64,000 nucleotides of DNA from Paragordius varius (Eukaryota; Animalia; Nematomorpha), in NCBI GenBank assembly GCA_964247055.1, contig OZ176051.1:8432001-8496000 (forward strand). The letters are read 5' to 3'. The notes under the pieces were generated by a model. It saw only the letters and a list, made by a program, of their open reading frames with translations, searched no databases and was not told the DNA's origin. Made by a program: the position numbers and the translations under genes. This document shows positions 23,405-37,916 of this stretch, one piece after another; position 1 is the stretch's first letter; the number at the start of each line of letters is the position of its first letter.

Positions 23405-24233
23405 CAGGACTTGAAACCAGAACTGGAACCCGGTTTCTAAGATTTTAGCAAGAACCGGTTCCATTGGGATGGAACCAACGCGGTTCTGATTCCACTTCTC
23501 CGGGAACCACCCCGGTACCGATTCCGAAATTTCAGGAACCACCTTCTATCTATAAATTTTTAAGAACCAACCCGGTTCCGGTTCCATCTCCTTAATTACT
23601 GGTTCCCAAAAAGATTATTATTATAAAAATTCTATTTTATTATTTAAATTTGATTGTACCACTACATATTACATACTCCAAACTTTAAACCTAAAGCGCC
23701 TAATATTATATTAGCGATACTCTCTGAATTTTGGGAGATTCGGCTGTTCTAAAAAACTAATAGTCACAACTCAAGTTTTTTGTAATACACATGTTAGCAT
23801 ATATATAGGTCTCTGAGGAAAAGAGTTTTTTAGCCCTATTATTTTCAGACCTGAGACAGTTTGACCAGCGAATTGCTTTGCAATAATTTTTTAAACATAA
23901 TCTCATTTTATACCTTTGTTATACATTTTCTTATTATATTTTTTTAATTTGTTTCAATTATTATGCTACATTATATTTCTTTCAATATACATTTGCCAAT
24001 TTATAAAAAATTGTTTGATTTATAATTGTTAATATTTTGGTTGTATTATTATTATAATAATAATTTTGTAAGAAAATTATTTAATCAAAAGTCAGGAACC
24101 GAAAATAATACCGGTTCTAAATGTAAAGAACCGGTTCCGGAACCGCAAAATTTTATAGGAACCAACGCGGCTCCAGTTCCATTTGTTCCGGAACCACCCC
24201 GGTTTCACTTTTTTGAGCCGGTTCCAAGCCCTG
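23405..24233. mobile_element. Non-autonomous hAT element with GGAACCGGTTCC subterminal repeats
   Basis: TIRs CAGGACTTGAAACCAG / CCGGTTCCAAGCCCTG; TSD GTTACATT / GTTATATT (7/8); empty site seen at 62988-62995. Confidence 0.9.
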
Positions 24234-27200
24234 GTTATATTAGTTCGAAAACACATAATTTATTTTTAGGGTGAATAATTGTTAAAGGGTGAATTTGAAC
24301 TGTAAATTGTATATATATGTGATATAAAAATTTTATCAAAAGATTGAACCAAAGAGACAATTAATCATACGTCCAAATGTTCCATAAAAATGTCCTTACA
24401 TTCATTGTTACTATATTTTTATATAAAAATAAAACAAGTTAGTATATTTATCTTTTTAAATATCAAACATTAATCTACATCCTTCGGAATATGCATGAAT
24501 ATCCAGATTCGTGGCCATTAAATATGAAACGATTATACAATAAAAGCTGCTGTTTTAAAGTATAATTAACTACACCTGAAACTTTGCTCACCTCATATTT
24601 TTAAAACTAATTTTCAAAATTTTCTTGCAAGCACACAAAACAGTATTTTTACCCCCTGCCAAACGAATAAAACTTTAGATTAAAAGTTTGGACATTAGAT
24701 AAAAATACGAAAAATGCCTCGTAAAGAAAATATGAAAAATGTTAATCCCATCAAGGGTTTAAGGTTGGGCAAAAGATTCAGGCTTAGTTTATATACGCTT
24801 CAAGGCGGTGAGTATGAAAAAAGTAATCATACGATATTTTTTCGAATTTCAGAACAAATATAATTTGTTGCAATAAAATTTACATGTTTGAATATAAAGT
24901 TGTCATTTCCGATAAAAATAATTAAAAAAAAGATAATTGGGTGCATTTTATATCACTAGAGGTTATTACTAAACAATAGATAAAGTACAATTGCGTTACA
25001 ACCTTGCGAAAATGTAAAATAAAATTAATTGGATAATTATAATTAATTTGTTTGTACAATTAGATATTCAATTATTTTGGCAATATTTCCAACTATATTA
25101 TATTTTAACACAACGGCCACCAGACATATATTTGGTGACAAGTCGCGTTTAAATTAAACAAACAAGCAGGCATGTTAAATTCATAATTTTTATTAACAAA
25201 TCATCAAGACAATCAACATATTTTATTGTAAGAAAATAAATAGTTTTGAGAGTATAACAATAGATTTTTTAGGCGAGAACACCTTTTTTTCTGTTCTTAT
25301 TAAGGACACAACACTATTCTTATAAATTCAATAAAACGACAGAGATAAAAATCAAGAATATTTTGACTTTACAAAATGCATGCCGTTTTTTTAATTTTTA
25401 ATAGACATGACCTGTTTTTATTGTTTGTTGAGGAGTTAATTGACAATTATTTTTTACAGGTGTAACGGAATATGATTGATTTTTACGCAACATTTTTTAA
25501 CATTTCCTTCCTTTTTTATATTATATTATTATAAAAAAGACTTTTTAAAATATTTGATTATTATTGTTTGTTTATGGATTCAATTATTTTTATTTGTTGT
25601 GACGCAATTCAATTAAAAAACTAATTGGCTTTTAACGTCTAAAGCAATTATTTTAATTAATTAAGTTAACATATATGTAATTTATTGGGATGCGATAGAT
25701 AAGAATAGGGTGGGCGTCTTATCAAAAGAGTAAATTAACTATATTTTTTTAATAAATCTAATTCAATACAACTTTATAATATTTTTTGTAACTAATTAAA
25801 AGAAAGTTGAATATTTATGAATTTTACAAGACTTAAAGTTTAAGAGGCGATAAAATATTTTTAACAATCTTTAGGGATTATGGCGACCTTATTCTGATTA
25901 TAGAGGAATTAACATTTTGAGCGTTTAATTTATTTCAGTGTTTAGGATGAGCACATGAGCCTATCCAAAACACAAAAATAAATAAAAAACTCAAAGTTTA
26001 ACGGAAATGGTAGCAGACGATAGTATTCCAAAAAAATTATATTTTGTTATCATTTAACTAATTAACGTGATGATTCATTGTTACCACAATACCTAACTAT
26101 ATTATAAGATAAAAATCTGTAAATATCAAAAAAATAATTATTTTAATTGGAATTGTTATAATTTATATTTTCCTAAAGGACGCTAAAATAATTGGGTTAA
26201 TAAGTTTACAATCACAATTAACTATGAAAACTAACAGTATACAATAGGTAAAAATTATCAACGATCTATTTTAAATATATTAAAATTTTTTACATAAAAC
26301 ATATTATTAAATCAAACCTTAAAAAATTTTAATACCAACTATTTTTTTGTAAATATCTAAATTCTAAAATAAAAAATTACTTAGCACATCCAAGAATTCC
26401 ACTATACTCCCAAAATTATCAGCAAAATAATAATGAGAATAAGTATTGATAAAAAATATATATTGATAAAATTAATATATTATAAATAAATATTAACAAA
26501 AAAATGATAAAAATATGGGAAAATCGAGGCAATATACTAAACAATCATTTATACATTTTATAATAACAATAATATAATAATGGTTCATTATTATCTTTTC
26601 CTATAATTTAAGATGAATAAGCACATTTCCTATAACGCATATATAACGGAAAGATATAAATTGGCTAACAATAAATCTTTAGATACAACATACATAACAC
26701 TTATTTCTTTTGTATATGAAAGTAGGATTAATAGATCCCTAGCCCAATATTAAACTGGTGACAGTTATTGTAAATCACCACTAAAACTAATACATTGTTT
26801 AAAACACAAAGAATAAAAACCACAGATATTACTTCAATAAATGTGTTTAATAACCAGGTGATATTGTTTGATGTTTTCCCTTTCTTTATTCATGGCAATG
26901 ACCTTTTAAATTAGTCCATTTATAAATCTGTCTGTATTTTAATTAATATTTATATTATGATATCGTACTAAGAAAAATATATATATTAGTGAACTACACA
27001 AGTGAAAGTTTTTAATTAAACACATATTCTCAATTAAAATCAAAGAAACACCAGTTTATAGGCATACAGATTACGTTACTGTAATGTATAGTTAAAAATA
27101 ATCTATTATAAATAAAACATCATTTATTCATATATCAGACATTTTTATATAAATTTATGGACAGGCTTAATTATACACCATACGGTAGTGTAAAAATAGT

Positions 27201-27334
27201 TGTTAGCCAGTACAATAAATATTTACATATACATATATGTCCCTCTACATTTCTCTTTTGTGTCTTGCTGTTAAACAAACAAACAAACTCAAATGTACTG
27301 GCTATTTAATTATTGATTATTATTTTTATGATGT

Positions 27335-27560
27335 GTAACTCTCCCCCATAATGTAAAATTATCAATACAATATATGTACAGTAGCGTATGGCATAAAACA
27401 ATATTAGTCCGTAAAAGAAAAAAAATGTTTTTTTAAAAAATACAAGGGGATATTATGGATATGTGTAAAGATAACTAAGCTTGTTTTTTAAAAAAAAATT
27501 TTTTTATTCTTTTATGGACTAATAATGTTTTATGCCATACGGTACTGTATGTGCATATGT
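27335..27560. mobile_element. MITE family B-related copy
   Basis: Inverted TACAGTAGCGTATGGCATAAAACA / TGTTTTATGCCATACGGTACTGTA. Confidence 0.6.
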
Positions 27561-30500
27561 ATATATACTAGAAAAGAGTACATTTTGGGATGTGGACAAC
27601 CACAGACACATAAAAAGCAGGCAGATAAAAAGATCAATGACATTTTTATTGTTATAAAATAGGAAAAATATAAATTGTTGTATATATATACCATTTAAAA
27701 TGGTGTCCCCTTTTATGTCCATAAATATATTTTTATAAACAAGATAAATGGAAAGAATATTTTAAGGAAGGCTATGGATCTTAATATAAATTTGAATTCA
27801 AAAATACAGTTATAACTTAGTCCATAAAAATCGGCGGAACTAAGAGTGTGAAGTTCTGTCTGGTGAAGATATTTATTAAGTGTACTAAAAATATATTTTG
27901 TTGTTCTCTTTTTGGGTGTGTTATTATAGACTTTTCTCCATATACTCAGTTGTAGAAAGCAAAATTATTTTTCTTGTGGTTTTTTTTACATCAAAAGCAT
28001 AAATGTATTCCACTTAAATAAACTATAGGAGTGTAATTAAAATGAATCAAAAATTTTTAAATTATATTTAAGGACCAATCCTAACTTATATGAAAGCATT
28101 ACCTTATAGAAAGAATATGGTTGGAATTTCAAAATACCCACTTAAATTTTTTTAAATATCATTAGAACTTGTAAGAATAAACGCGAGTTTTTTTAAACGG
28201 ATATTACGTTAACATAAAGATATATAAATGAGTCATTTGTAACAAAAGGTATATGATTCTGAGAAAAATCGAAAATACCATGTTTTCATTTAAATAAAAT
28301 TGTGTGAATGGATTAATATAATATACTTTATTGCTTAATTAAGATATGGAAAATATTAAATTATAAATTAAGATATGGAAAATATTAAATTAGATTCAGA
28401 TAAATACAAATATTTTATTATTGAAATTCAAAAAGGAAATATCCGAATACCACTAAAATACTAAAGAAACATAAAAGTTGAAAATTAACTTCTTGGCAAA
28501 TGGGTAGATATAAAATATTAAAAAAACATTTTCGCCCTTTTTTCTACCCAACCACATCTAAAAATTGACAACACAAGAGTTCAAATATATTTATTTATTT
28601 ATATTTTTAAGTTCTTATATACATACCCTCTATGAAACAACAAAAGAAAAAATGAACTTTTTTTGTTTTTGTGGCAAAATGCTTTTTACAGATGAAAAGA
28701 AATTTTAAAATACCCAGGTAAAACATATTTGAATATATTCCAAAAAATGTTCAAAAAAACATTTAAAAGAATCATCTTAAAATTATTTAAAACAAATTTA
28801 CTTGATTGGATGGAATAATTTACAGAATTGTTACAAAGATGATTAAACGTATATTATAAAAAAATTGTCATACTAATTAATAATTGTCACAGAGAAGGCA
28901 AAATTTATATGGTAGCACATATTTTTAAAGGATATATTTAATACAAACAAACAGTAATTTGGGAAATGTATTTTATTTTATTTTTTTAAAAATTTTTGAG
29001 TGCGTAAAAATAGATTTATTCGGAAATTTTTTGAACTATAAGATACAAGCAGAGGCGTATGTGTGGTTGCTATTTTTACAGCATTTTCCTTTGTTGTTGG
29101 ATAGAAGAAATACAGAAATAAAAATTTCTTTGTTGTTTTATCATTTCATATTGGTATTTTAAAAACATTTTTTTTTTCAAAAAAAATTGTAGGGTTAGCA
29201 TAAAAATATCATTATACCGCAACACAATAAAATCAACACAACCAAATTATATAAATTTTAAAGGTGTTTTTTTTAGTTATACTTTTTCAATAAATCTCAA
29301 ATCTCATAACAATATCTAGTTTACAATCTTTAAAAAAATTGTCGTTTTAATTTTCGCGCTAAAATATATAAAAATTATTTATCAAAAATTTGGCTCTGTG
29401 TAATCAAGTGTAGAGGGGGATACAATATATACCACTGTTTCCATTACTTTTTATTAAAAAATTTACGGTACAATCAATGGCTAGAGAATAGAATAGAATA
29501 TTTATATTATTGGAAATATATATATATATAATTTTTATTTATTTTATGCTACACATTATTTAAAATTAATAAAAAAGGTTATTGACCGTTAATTTATATT
29601 TATTGTGGTGTTTCCCATTTTAACAGTAATGCACACAAACAATGTATGTGTGTATGGTACATATGAAAATTAAATCAATAATTTTAACAATACAAATAAT
29701 AAAAAAATGATAATTAAATTAAATAAACAACAAGTAGTTTTAAATGATGAAATCGAAAAAAAATTAAAAGATATTTCCTAAAAAAAATAAAAATTTGGTC
29801 TATTAGGTTCACAAATGCCATTTTTTATTAATATGCACGACACTTCTTCCTTATGCATTCATTAATTACTATTTTTTATTTTAATTAGAATTATTGATTT
29901 TTTGGATGTGTACTCTATATATTTCCTAGTTCAGTAACGCCCATACTTCTACTTCAAAGTTAATCAGTCTTTATAGAGCACAACGTGAGATTTTACAAAA
30001 TATCAGCTGTATTTAGGCTTTAAAGTTTAAGAATTAAACACATATAAATTTTCAAAAAATATTTTGTTATCCAGTGTGTCTATTTGTTACATATAAACAA
30101 AAATGATCTCTAAGCAAATCTCTAGCCTTCCAAAAGATAATCAACATTTATAATATTAATTTAATTTGGTGGACCAACTAAATCTTAGTTAATTTCAGGT
30201 AATTTATGTGGGTTTATATATATATACATATGCATAAGAGGCACATTGTCTCTTCGTTTTTATGCAGTTAAATCCATAATAAAAAACACTGGAATATAAA
30301 TTTTAGCAAATAACCACCACAAAAGTTCAGTGAACAGACACATTTTGTTGTACTCTCTCTGTGTGTGTGTGCATGAGTTTGTATAGCTAACGATTGTCAT
30401 AAAATTTTGTTGTGTCCATTCAAGTTGGACCATCATAGATCAATAATCATTATCATACTAACTAGAAAAAGAATATTACCAAAATATATAGGAAAAACTC

Positions 30501-32464
30501 AAAATATATAAAGGAAAAAGCATCAGAGCACACATTAAAAGGGTATTGACACTACAGTTGTGGAATTAGCTAAAATAAGCGAAGATTCTAACATTTTACT
30601 ACTTTTTGGAAATATATATATTTTTGCACACCAACCAACAAGTAATAACTTGCAATATAAATGGCTTCCGTAACGCATAAAGAACTAACTTTAATCGATT
30701 TTTTCTCTCCATGCTATCTTAGGTATGAATGAAAAAAATAAATTATTCCAAACAGGATATTAAAATTTGATATTTATTAAAAAGTGTAAGTTTAACGGGC
30801 ATCGTAGTTAAATTTAATTATTTGTAACAAAGATTTTAGGAAGAAATAGAAAAATGTAAGCGGTGTTAATCACGTTATTTAAACTTGTGAAAATAAACAA
30901 AAAAATTAAATTTTTAATCGTTTAGTTTTAAAATTAAATTAACACCTTATTATACACCCGTGTTCAAAAATAATTTTATCTAAACACAACTTTTAAACAA
31001 GACATTTCATTTAAATTCAATACTGCCCTTATTCCTATAAAAATGTCGAATAATTTTTATATTTTTTAACATTGATGTCATAAATATATTTTAGAATGGT
31101 AAGAATATATTATGAAAAACCTAAAACAACAAATAATTATTTGACTTATTTCTATCATCATAAAAAATGTGATTAATTATACGGGTTATATATATATTTT
31201 TGATCAATTTCAACATTTACTAATAATTGATCCTTGAACATGGTTTTAAGACATATCTGGATCTTATGTAGACCATTACATATGCTTTGCACATGATAAT
31301 CTTTTACATGTATTTTATTTTGAATAAACATTTTTTCTACCAAAAACAATTTTTTTTAATTATCTTCTCACTATATTTTAACTTTATTTTAGATCTAAAT
31401 TTATTATTAATTTATCTAGCATTTAGTATTCATGTGAGCTTGTATAAAATATTTACAGTTTGATAAGATTAAGGCAAAAATTATTTAATATTATTTTTTA
31501 TGTTTTAATATGATCAATTAATTAAGATTGTATGTTTCATATCACTGAAGGCAATGATAATTGTATCGGAAATATACTTTGGATATGCGAATTTTTATTC
31601 GGCGCACTAATTTTTAATCACCTTAAAAAATAATTTTATTTTAAAATAAATTATGGATATTAAGTATACGGACCCTAAAATGAGCCATCTTTAAATTCCT
31701 GGGAAAATATGATTTTATAATATGATTTTAATTAATACAGTTGAAGCAAGTACTAATAGTGTGCCTGGATTGGGGCCTAAATTGACCTAACTATTACTAT
31801 TGTCAAAATGAAAATCAATTTGTGATACATAAAAATTTAAATTTTATGTTGTAATCCAAAATTTGTAGGTTTCGACGGATAAATAGTTTCTCCTTTTTAT
31901 CGAAAATTATTTTATCAATGTATTACTGGGCATAGCATTATATTTCAATAATTTCTGAAGTTTTGATAATGTTTAAATACTGTGTAATATGTTCAGTTAC
32001 ATCATCAAATATAAATTATATATTCTGTCAAATCAAAGTCATATTTTTGATTTAATTGCCATTGTGGAAAATAATGGCTTCTCTATCACATTATGAGTGA
32101 AAATGCATTGCTAGTTTCCCGTATAATATTGCCGATAAAATTATAAAGAAGAAAAATTATGGGCAAAACTAAGTAAAAACACATTACATTCAATTGTTAT
32201 GGGGGTATTTTACTAATATACTAAATTAGTTTAGAAGTGAACTTGAAATATAAAAATATAAATGGTTCAAAAAATAGCACTTTGTCTTTTATATGTTTAA
32301 TATTATCGAATCCGGTAAAAGCTATATGGCAATATATTTTATAAAACAACGTTTGTTTTTACAATCTGGAAGCATTTCTTTTAATATGTTCTTTATTGCC
32401 CCGGTATAAAAATTTATAAACTGCGGGCACTAATTACCCATGCTAGTTTTATATCCTATTAGGG

Positions 32465-32760
32465 CAATGGTTCCCAAAAGGGGGGCACTGCCTTCCAAAG
32501 GTGGCCTAGAAAAATCTAAGGTGGAGAATTTAGTTTAAAAAAAACTATAAATAAATTTAAGGTTTTCAGGTGCGAATTATCAAGATCTATCACTAATTGT
32601 AAAAAGTATTTTTAAAAATGAAATTTTGAGGATCTCATTGATTGGCATTTTTATAGGATTATAATATAACATTTTTTTTATCTTGAATTTTTTGAGAGGG
32701 GAGGGGAATTTTCATTTTCAATTTGGTGGGACTTGAACAAAAAAAGGTTGGGAACCACTG
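32465..32760. mobile_element. hAT-type MITE, family D copy
   Basis: CAATGGTTCCC / GGGAACCACTG ends; CAGGTGCGAATTATCAAGAT and GATCTCATTGATTGG shared with 18707. Confidence 0.8.
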
Positions 32761-34922
32761 TGTTTTAAGGTGTAATTAATTTCTTGTTTCAAGATAGCTT
32801 GCGCATTTCACAAATTTAGGGTTTTAATTTAAATTATAAATTAGTAAAAAAAGGAATAATGTTAAATTTAAACGATGGTTTTTTTTCCGAAAAAGGGTTA
32901 AGAGGGTTCGTACTGTACTGGTTAGCTATCAATATTAATTTTTTAAAACAACTATAATATATATTTATTTAAAATAATTTTTAATGTTGCGAAAAATAAT
33001 ATATGCCAACCCACATATTGTTTTGTTAAAAGTTTCGGTGCACTACCTAAAATGTGTTTTAAATTAAAAATTAATTATGTGAAATATGATAATTTTTAAT
33101 TATACAACATCCTTTCTTTTTATATTCCTTACCGTTATGGTAAATTAAACCCTAACATTTTAATTTAGGTAGGTGCCTACTACTACAAGAATATAAAAGT
33201 TCATTATTCTTATTATTTTCCTCCAATATAAATTAAAGTTATTTCAAGAATTCCGTTTATTAAGCGTTAACACTCCTTAATATTAGGTCGAATTTTTCAA
33301 ATATTTTGTTTCTTTTATGCGATTTTTTTAATATATCAATTTGTAATATCTTAAAAATTTATGAAAGGGATGGGTTTAAAGCCAAACACAGCTAGCTCAA
33401 TGACCTTTCCCACAACAAAGCCAATAAAATATAAATTGTGGATTATCTATTTGATTCTCCAGAGATTTTTTATTCTTTCTGTGTGTGCATAATTTGTTGA
33501 AATTGAAGTATTACACATGGAAAAGAAAGGAGGAAATTAATATATATATATATATTACAGGATTGATATCGATATTGAGAGAGCACAATATAATGAAAAT
33601 TATAATTATAACATTCAGCACATATTGAAGAGATTATATCCAATTTTATAGGAAATGGGAAGAAAATTTAATTAAAATTTTTTATTTTATGGTAGAGTTA
33701 CTCAATATTTGTGGTATATTAGGTAATCCCATACTGTGCAGGCACACCATGCATCCACACAAAATTATAAGGATTCCTGGCAACTCATACTCTATTTTTC
33801 CATATATATATTTTATCTTAAATTTTATTTACATTCTCTGAATATATAAAAAGTAAGTAAAAAAGCTATCATATTTCGTAATTTCCGAACACTTAAAAAT
33901 CAATCAATATTTCTCTCTCTCACCATAATTTAAAAATTGATGTAAGTGAAAACATATTTTTCCCCCTAATTATATCATTGAACCGGGGATTTATGATGAT
34001 AGATGGATGAAATAGATATAGATAGGATGTATCATTCAACATTTATAATTTATTCTCATAGGGATGCTGCTAAAAAATAAGGAATTTCTGAAAAGGGTTG
34101 AATACTACAATAAGGCACTTAAAATAAAATTGAACTTAATATATGAGTATTATTTTGCGAAATCCTATATGTTAACGATTTATGGTGATGATGGCTGTTT
34201 CTTAGTTTGCGGCTGAAAAAATAAATTAAATTCCAAACACTTTTTAGTAAAAAAATTTAAATTCCCAACCAATTATATATTACTAAATGTATGTGTTTTA
34301 AAGTAAAAATTATCTGTTTCTTTTTAGTGAAGTTACCTATGGCATGCATTAAATAAAGTTTTTTAAATAAAAAAACATTTTTCAATTAGAATCTATAAAC
34401 ATAAAATCTATGATGCATCAAGACAATCTTTCTCATGGCTATGCTTTAGAAGTGGGACACAAATGGCTTCCCAGGTTGCATTTTTGGATAAAAAATTGGT
34501 ATTAAAAATATTTTTGTAAATTTTAAACATAAGACTGACTAATATTTTTTAACATTTTTTGCTAGTTAATTGTTAAATTCAGAAAGATTGATTCAGAAAA
34601 CTTGTTTAAAAAAATAATTTTACTTGGATTTCAAATTTTATATTTAAAAAATTTTGCGGTTTGCAGAAATTATATGGAGGGCCGTGTGACCATTCCTGCT
34701 TTAGAAAATAATATCATAATTTGATATAAATTCATTCTTATTAAATGCCTATTTTTAATCTATAATAGATAAGATTGTCATAAGTTCTATATTTATTATA
34801 TAAAGATTATATGTAATTAGATTTACAAAAAAAATTGCATAGCTAAACCTGTATTTATTGAACATAAATTACAGCATGGTCTTAACTACATTTTTTACGA
34901 CCATTTAATCCAAAGCATATAT

Positions 34923-34959
<37 letters not shown>

Positions 34960-35020
34960 AAAATTTAATTACTTTATAATAATATTGAAAAACATGTTAA
35001 CCGTTTACCATTTATACATA

Positions 35021-35940
35021 CCAGGTCTTATTATATGTTTTTACCGGTTTTGTGATAAAGAACTTGTAATTTTGAAAGAAAAGCACTATTTGTTGTATTA
35101 AAAATATGGTGCATCGTCTGCACATTCACCCTATCTCACGTAATATATGAATGCCCTGCCGGAAAAACTAATTAACTTTTGCGGTATTAAGCCATTTTCT
35201 AACGTCGAGATTATTTGATTGCACAAGTTATATGGCGCAAGGTCAGGAGAGTTGAGAGGGTACGAAAGAATTTCCCATTGAAATAATTTCAAGGTGTCTT
35301 TTATTAGTTTTGCTGTGTCATTGTCATCTAGCAGAATCTGTTTTCCGCCCAATTCTGGTTATTATACAGTTTCCCGGGTTTTAAAAGTTCCAAATAAACA
35401 GTATGACTTTGTTCCCACCAGACACGGGCTGCTTCTTGCCAAAGGGATTTAGTATTGGTGTTAATAGACCAGCTTGATACAAGTCACTTTGGAATTTTCA
35501 ATTTTCCATTCATTGAAATTGTGTGAAACCCAGTTTGTTAGTCATTCCCGTTGTTCGTAGACATCTATTGATTGTTTTTGATTAACTGACTTGCTTCTGC
35601 CAATTTTAAAATTTAAGTTGGGTCATCCATCATTTAATAACTCACACACTTTAGTGTCTCTTCAGTTGTGTGGTCTACGAGGCACATTCTTTCACATGTA
35701 ATCACAATTTTATGTTTCACATGTGTTAATCGATAGAGCATGTTACCCATATGTTTCTGCCAACAAACAATAACTTTAAATAATTCTTTTGATGGCAGTG
35801 CTTGTCACAAATGTTCTTTTCAGGCAAAAAATTCGACATTATTACTGAAGGATAAAAAAACGCGGTGGTTTTTGGCGAACTCAACTTGCCTTTGTTTGTC
35901 GTTTGATGTCAGACGAAAAAAAGATCTGTATTAAATTGAC
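35021..35940 (-). mobile_element. mariner transposon remnant (Mos1/mauritiana-like), pseudogenised
   Basis: Minus strand: MSNF..., ETYG*HALSINTCE, CVWWEQ..LELLKPGETV, LLDDN..AKLIKDTL..FQWEILSYPLNSPDLAP. One TA|CCAGGT terminus at 35019-35026. Confidence 0.85.
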
Positions 35941-37136
35941 AATTTTTGGTTGACTTCCTTTATTAAAATCTATACTAACTTATGACTATACTTTGGTTCA
36001 CTTTATCTTAAATGGATTATATAAATGAAATACAAAAATGTACCAAACATAATAAGCTGTTTTATATTTTAAAATTTGGACGCATATATTGTTAATCTTG
36101 GGTCAAAATTTGCAATTAAAATTTTTATAATCTCCTTATATCATCTAATATTGCCAAGTTAATAATCGCGCCCTTTTCAGCAGTGGTCCTGTAATTTATC
36201 ATATTACAATGGCGTAAATTTATAAGCTTTAAAATTCAATGTTTTAAATTTTAAATTAACGTTAAATGTTAATTCTTAATTTGGCATTACTTATTAAGAG
36301 TCTTTATAGATTATTGGGTGTCGTTAGTTTTAGCAGGACAATATAAATCTAATATTATTTAAGTTTTAATATATTAATCAATTCGTCTCGTAAAAAATTT
36401 AGACATTTTACCCTGTACTCAAAAAGTTAAAGGTAGATACGAAAGCTGTTTCTTAAATTTGCTTGCCTATATTTAATATAGTTTGAGATCAAACTATATA
36501 AACTCTACATGCAACTTATTTAAGAATAGAGTATTCCAATTTGTACTAATAGGAAAAATATTTCCATTTTTATAATTTATGAATTAACCAATAAATAATC
36601 TCTAAAAATGTAGCAAATTATTTAATTAAATCTGTCCTTTACCAGTTTTATGATAAATCTATATTCCGTTTAATTTTGGTATTCAAAACATAATCAAACC
36701 ATATTTTTTAGCTTTTATATTATTATTAAATTTAATATTGTCAAAATTGTCACCTTTGTATTTCCATTTCCTGTAATTCACTGTAATATATATTTTTTAT
36801 CGTTTTTTCGGACGACCATAAACAAAAAAAGCTAACTAAAGGGGTGAATGTCCTTTTAAATTTTTTTTCTAATATATATCACATATTGACTAACGAGACT
36901 CTGATGCCACATTTTGGCTTCCAAACAAAAAGTCAATATTATATTTTGGATTATCAGAAATATGTAATATAAAAAACTATTTTTTTGTGAGATATATTTT
37001 AAAGCATCATAAATTGTAATAAAATAAACTAAACAGAAATTAAGACCAAATAATCCGTTATCCATTAGAAAATATTTTATTTAACTTTGCTTATGCCAAA
37101 CATTGGGTAAAAATTTAAAATTACAGTAGGATTAAG

Positions 37137-37297
37137 TATACATTGCTAGAAAGTTATTAATTATTGCCAAATAGCGAATAAAACAAAGGGCAGTATTATT
37201 GGCTTATTGTTTTTTTCACTTTTTACTATTATTAGCCAACATAATACTGTCCTTTGTTGTATTTATTATTTGGTAATAATTAATAACTCAATGTATA
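37137..37297. mobile_element. Palindromic MITE, family E
   Basis: TATACATTGCTAGAAAGTTATTAATTATTGCCAAA arm shared with 52466-52626. Confidence 0.7.
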
Positions 37298-37542
37298 TTT
37301 AATTTGTTCATATTGTATATTGAAGTGTTAGAAGCACATTTCTTAACGAATAAAATTAAATATGCAATCCATATTTAATTGAATGGAAAATCTAATTTTT
37401 GAACCATAATTTATAATTAAATATACATAATGTCAATATGTAAAGCTCCAAAGGGTTAGTCAGTTTTTAATATAAACACTTAATTCACCATTACAATATT
37501 GATATTTAAGTTCCGCTGTTGTGTTTTCTGTTAATTTATAGG

Positions 37543-37738
37543 ATGCGCATTTATGCTGGCCGATTCACATTAGAAGTGGTCAATTGGTAATACAGTAGCG
37601 TATGATATAAAACAAATTTTGTCCATATTAAATAAACAAATTTATTAGAAGATGGGAAAAATTTATTATTCTACCATTTGTCATTTGCAACCCACGCACT
37701 AATGTATTGCCAAATGACCAATAATAAATGTGCATATC
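37543..37738. mobile_element. MITE family B copy
   Basis: ATGCGCATTTATGCTGGCCGATTCAC...ACAGTAGCGTATG ... AAATGTGCATAT. Confidence 0.65.
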
Positions 37739-37809
37739 GCAGTTTATTTTAAATGATTCCAAATAAATGCGACCTATATATTCTTTATTTTGTTAGAAAA
37801 TTGATATTA

Positions 37810-37916
37810 GACTACACGAATAAAATATATTGAGAATGGCTACAGGGCTATAAAAGAGCACTTTTAGGACGCCGCATGCGGCTCGTGGGCCAACCACGGT
37901 TTGAGTATCATTACTG
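37810..37916 (-). mobile_element. Solo left-end fragment of the 15450 Charlie-like element
   Basis: GCCGCATGCGGCTCGTGGG..CGGTTTGAGTATCATTACTG is close to the reverse complement of 15450-15500. Confidence 0.7.

Larger units (their letters stand above)
22763..24305. mobile_element. MITE family A copy split by two nested insertions
   Basis: Segments 22763-22830, 23296-23404 and 24234-24305 join to match the reverse complement of the intact copy at 62908-63170. Confidence 0.8.
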
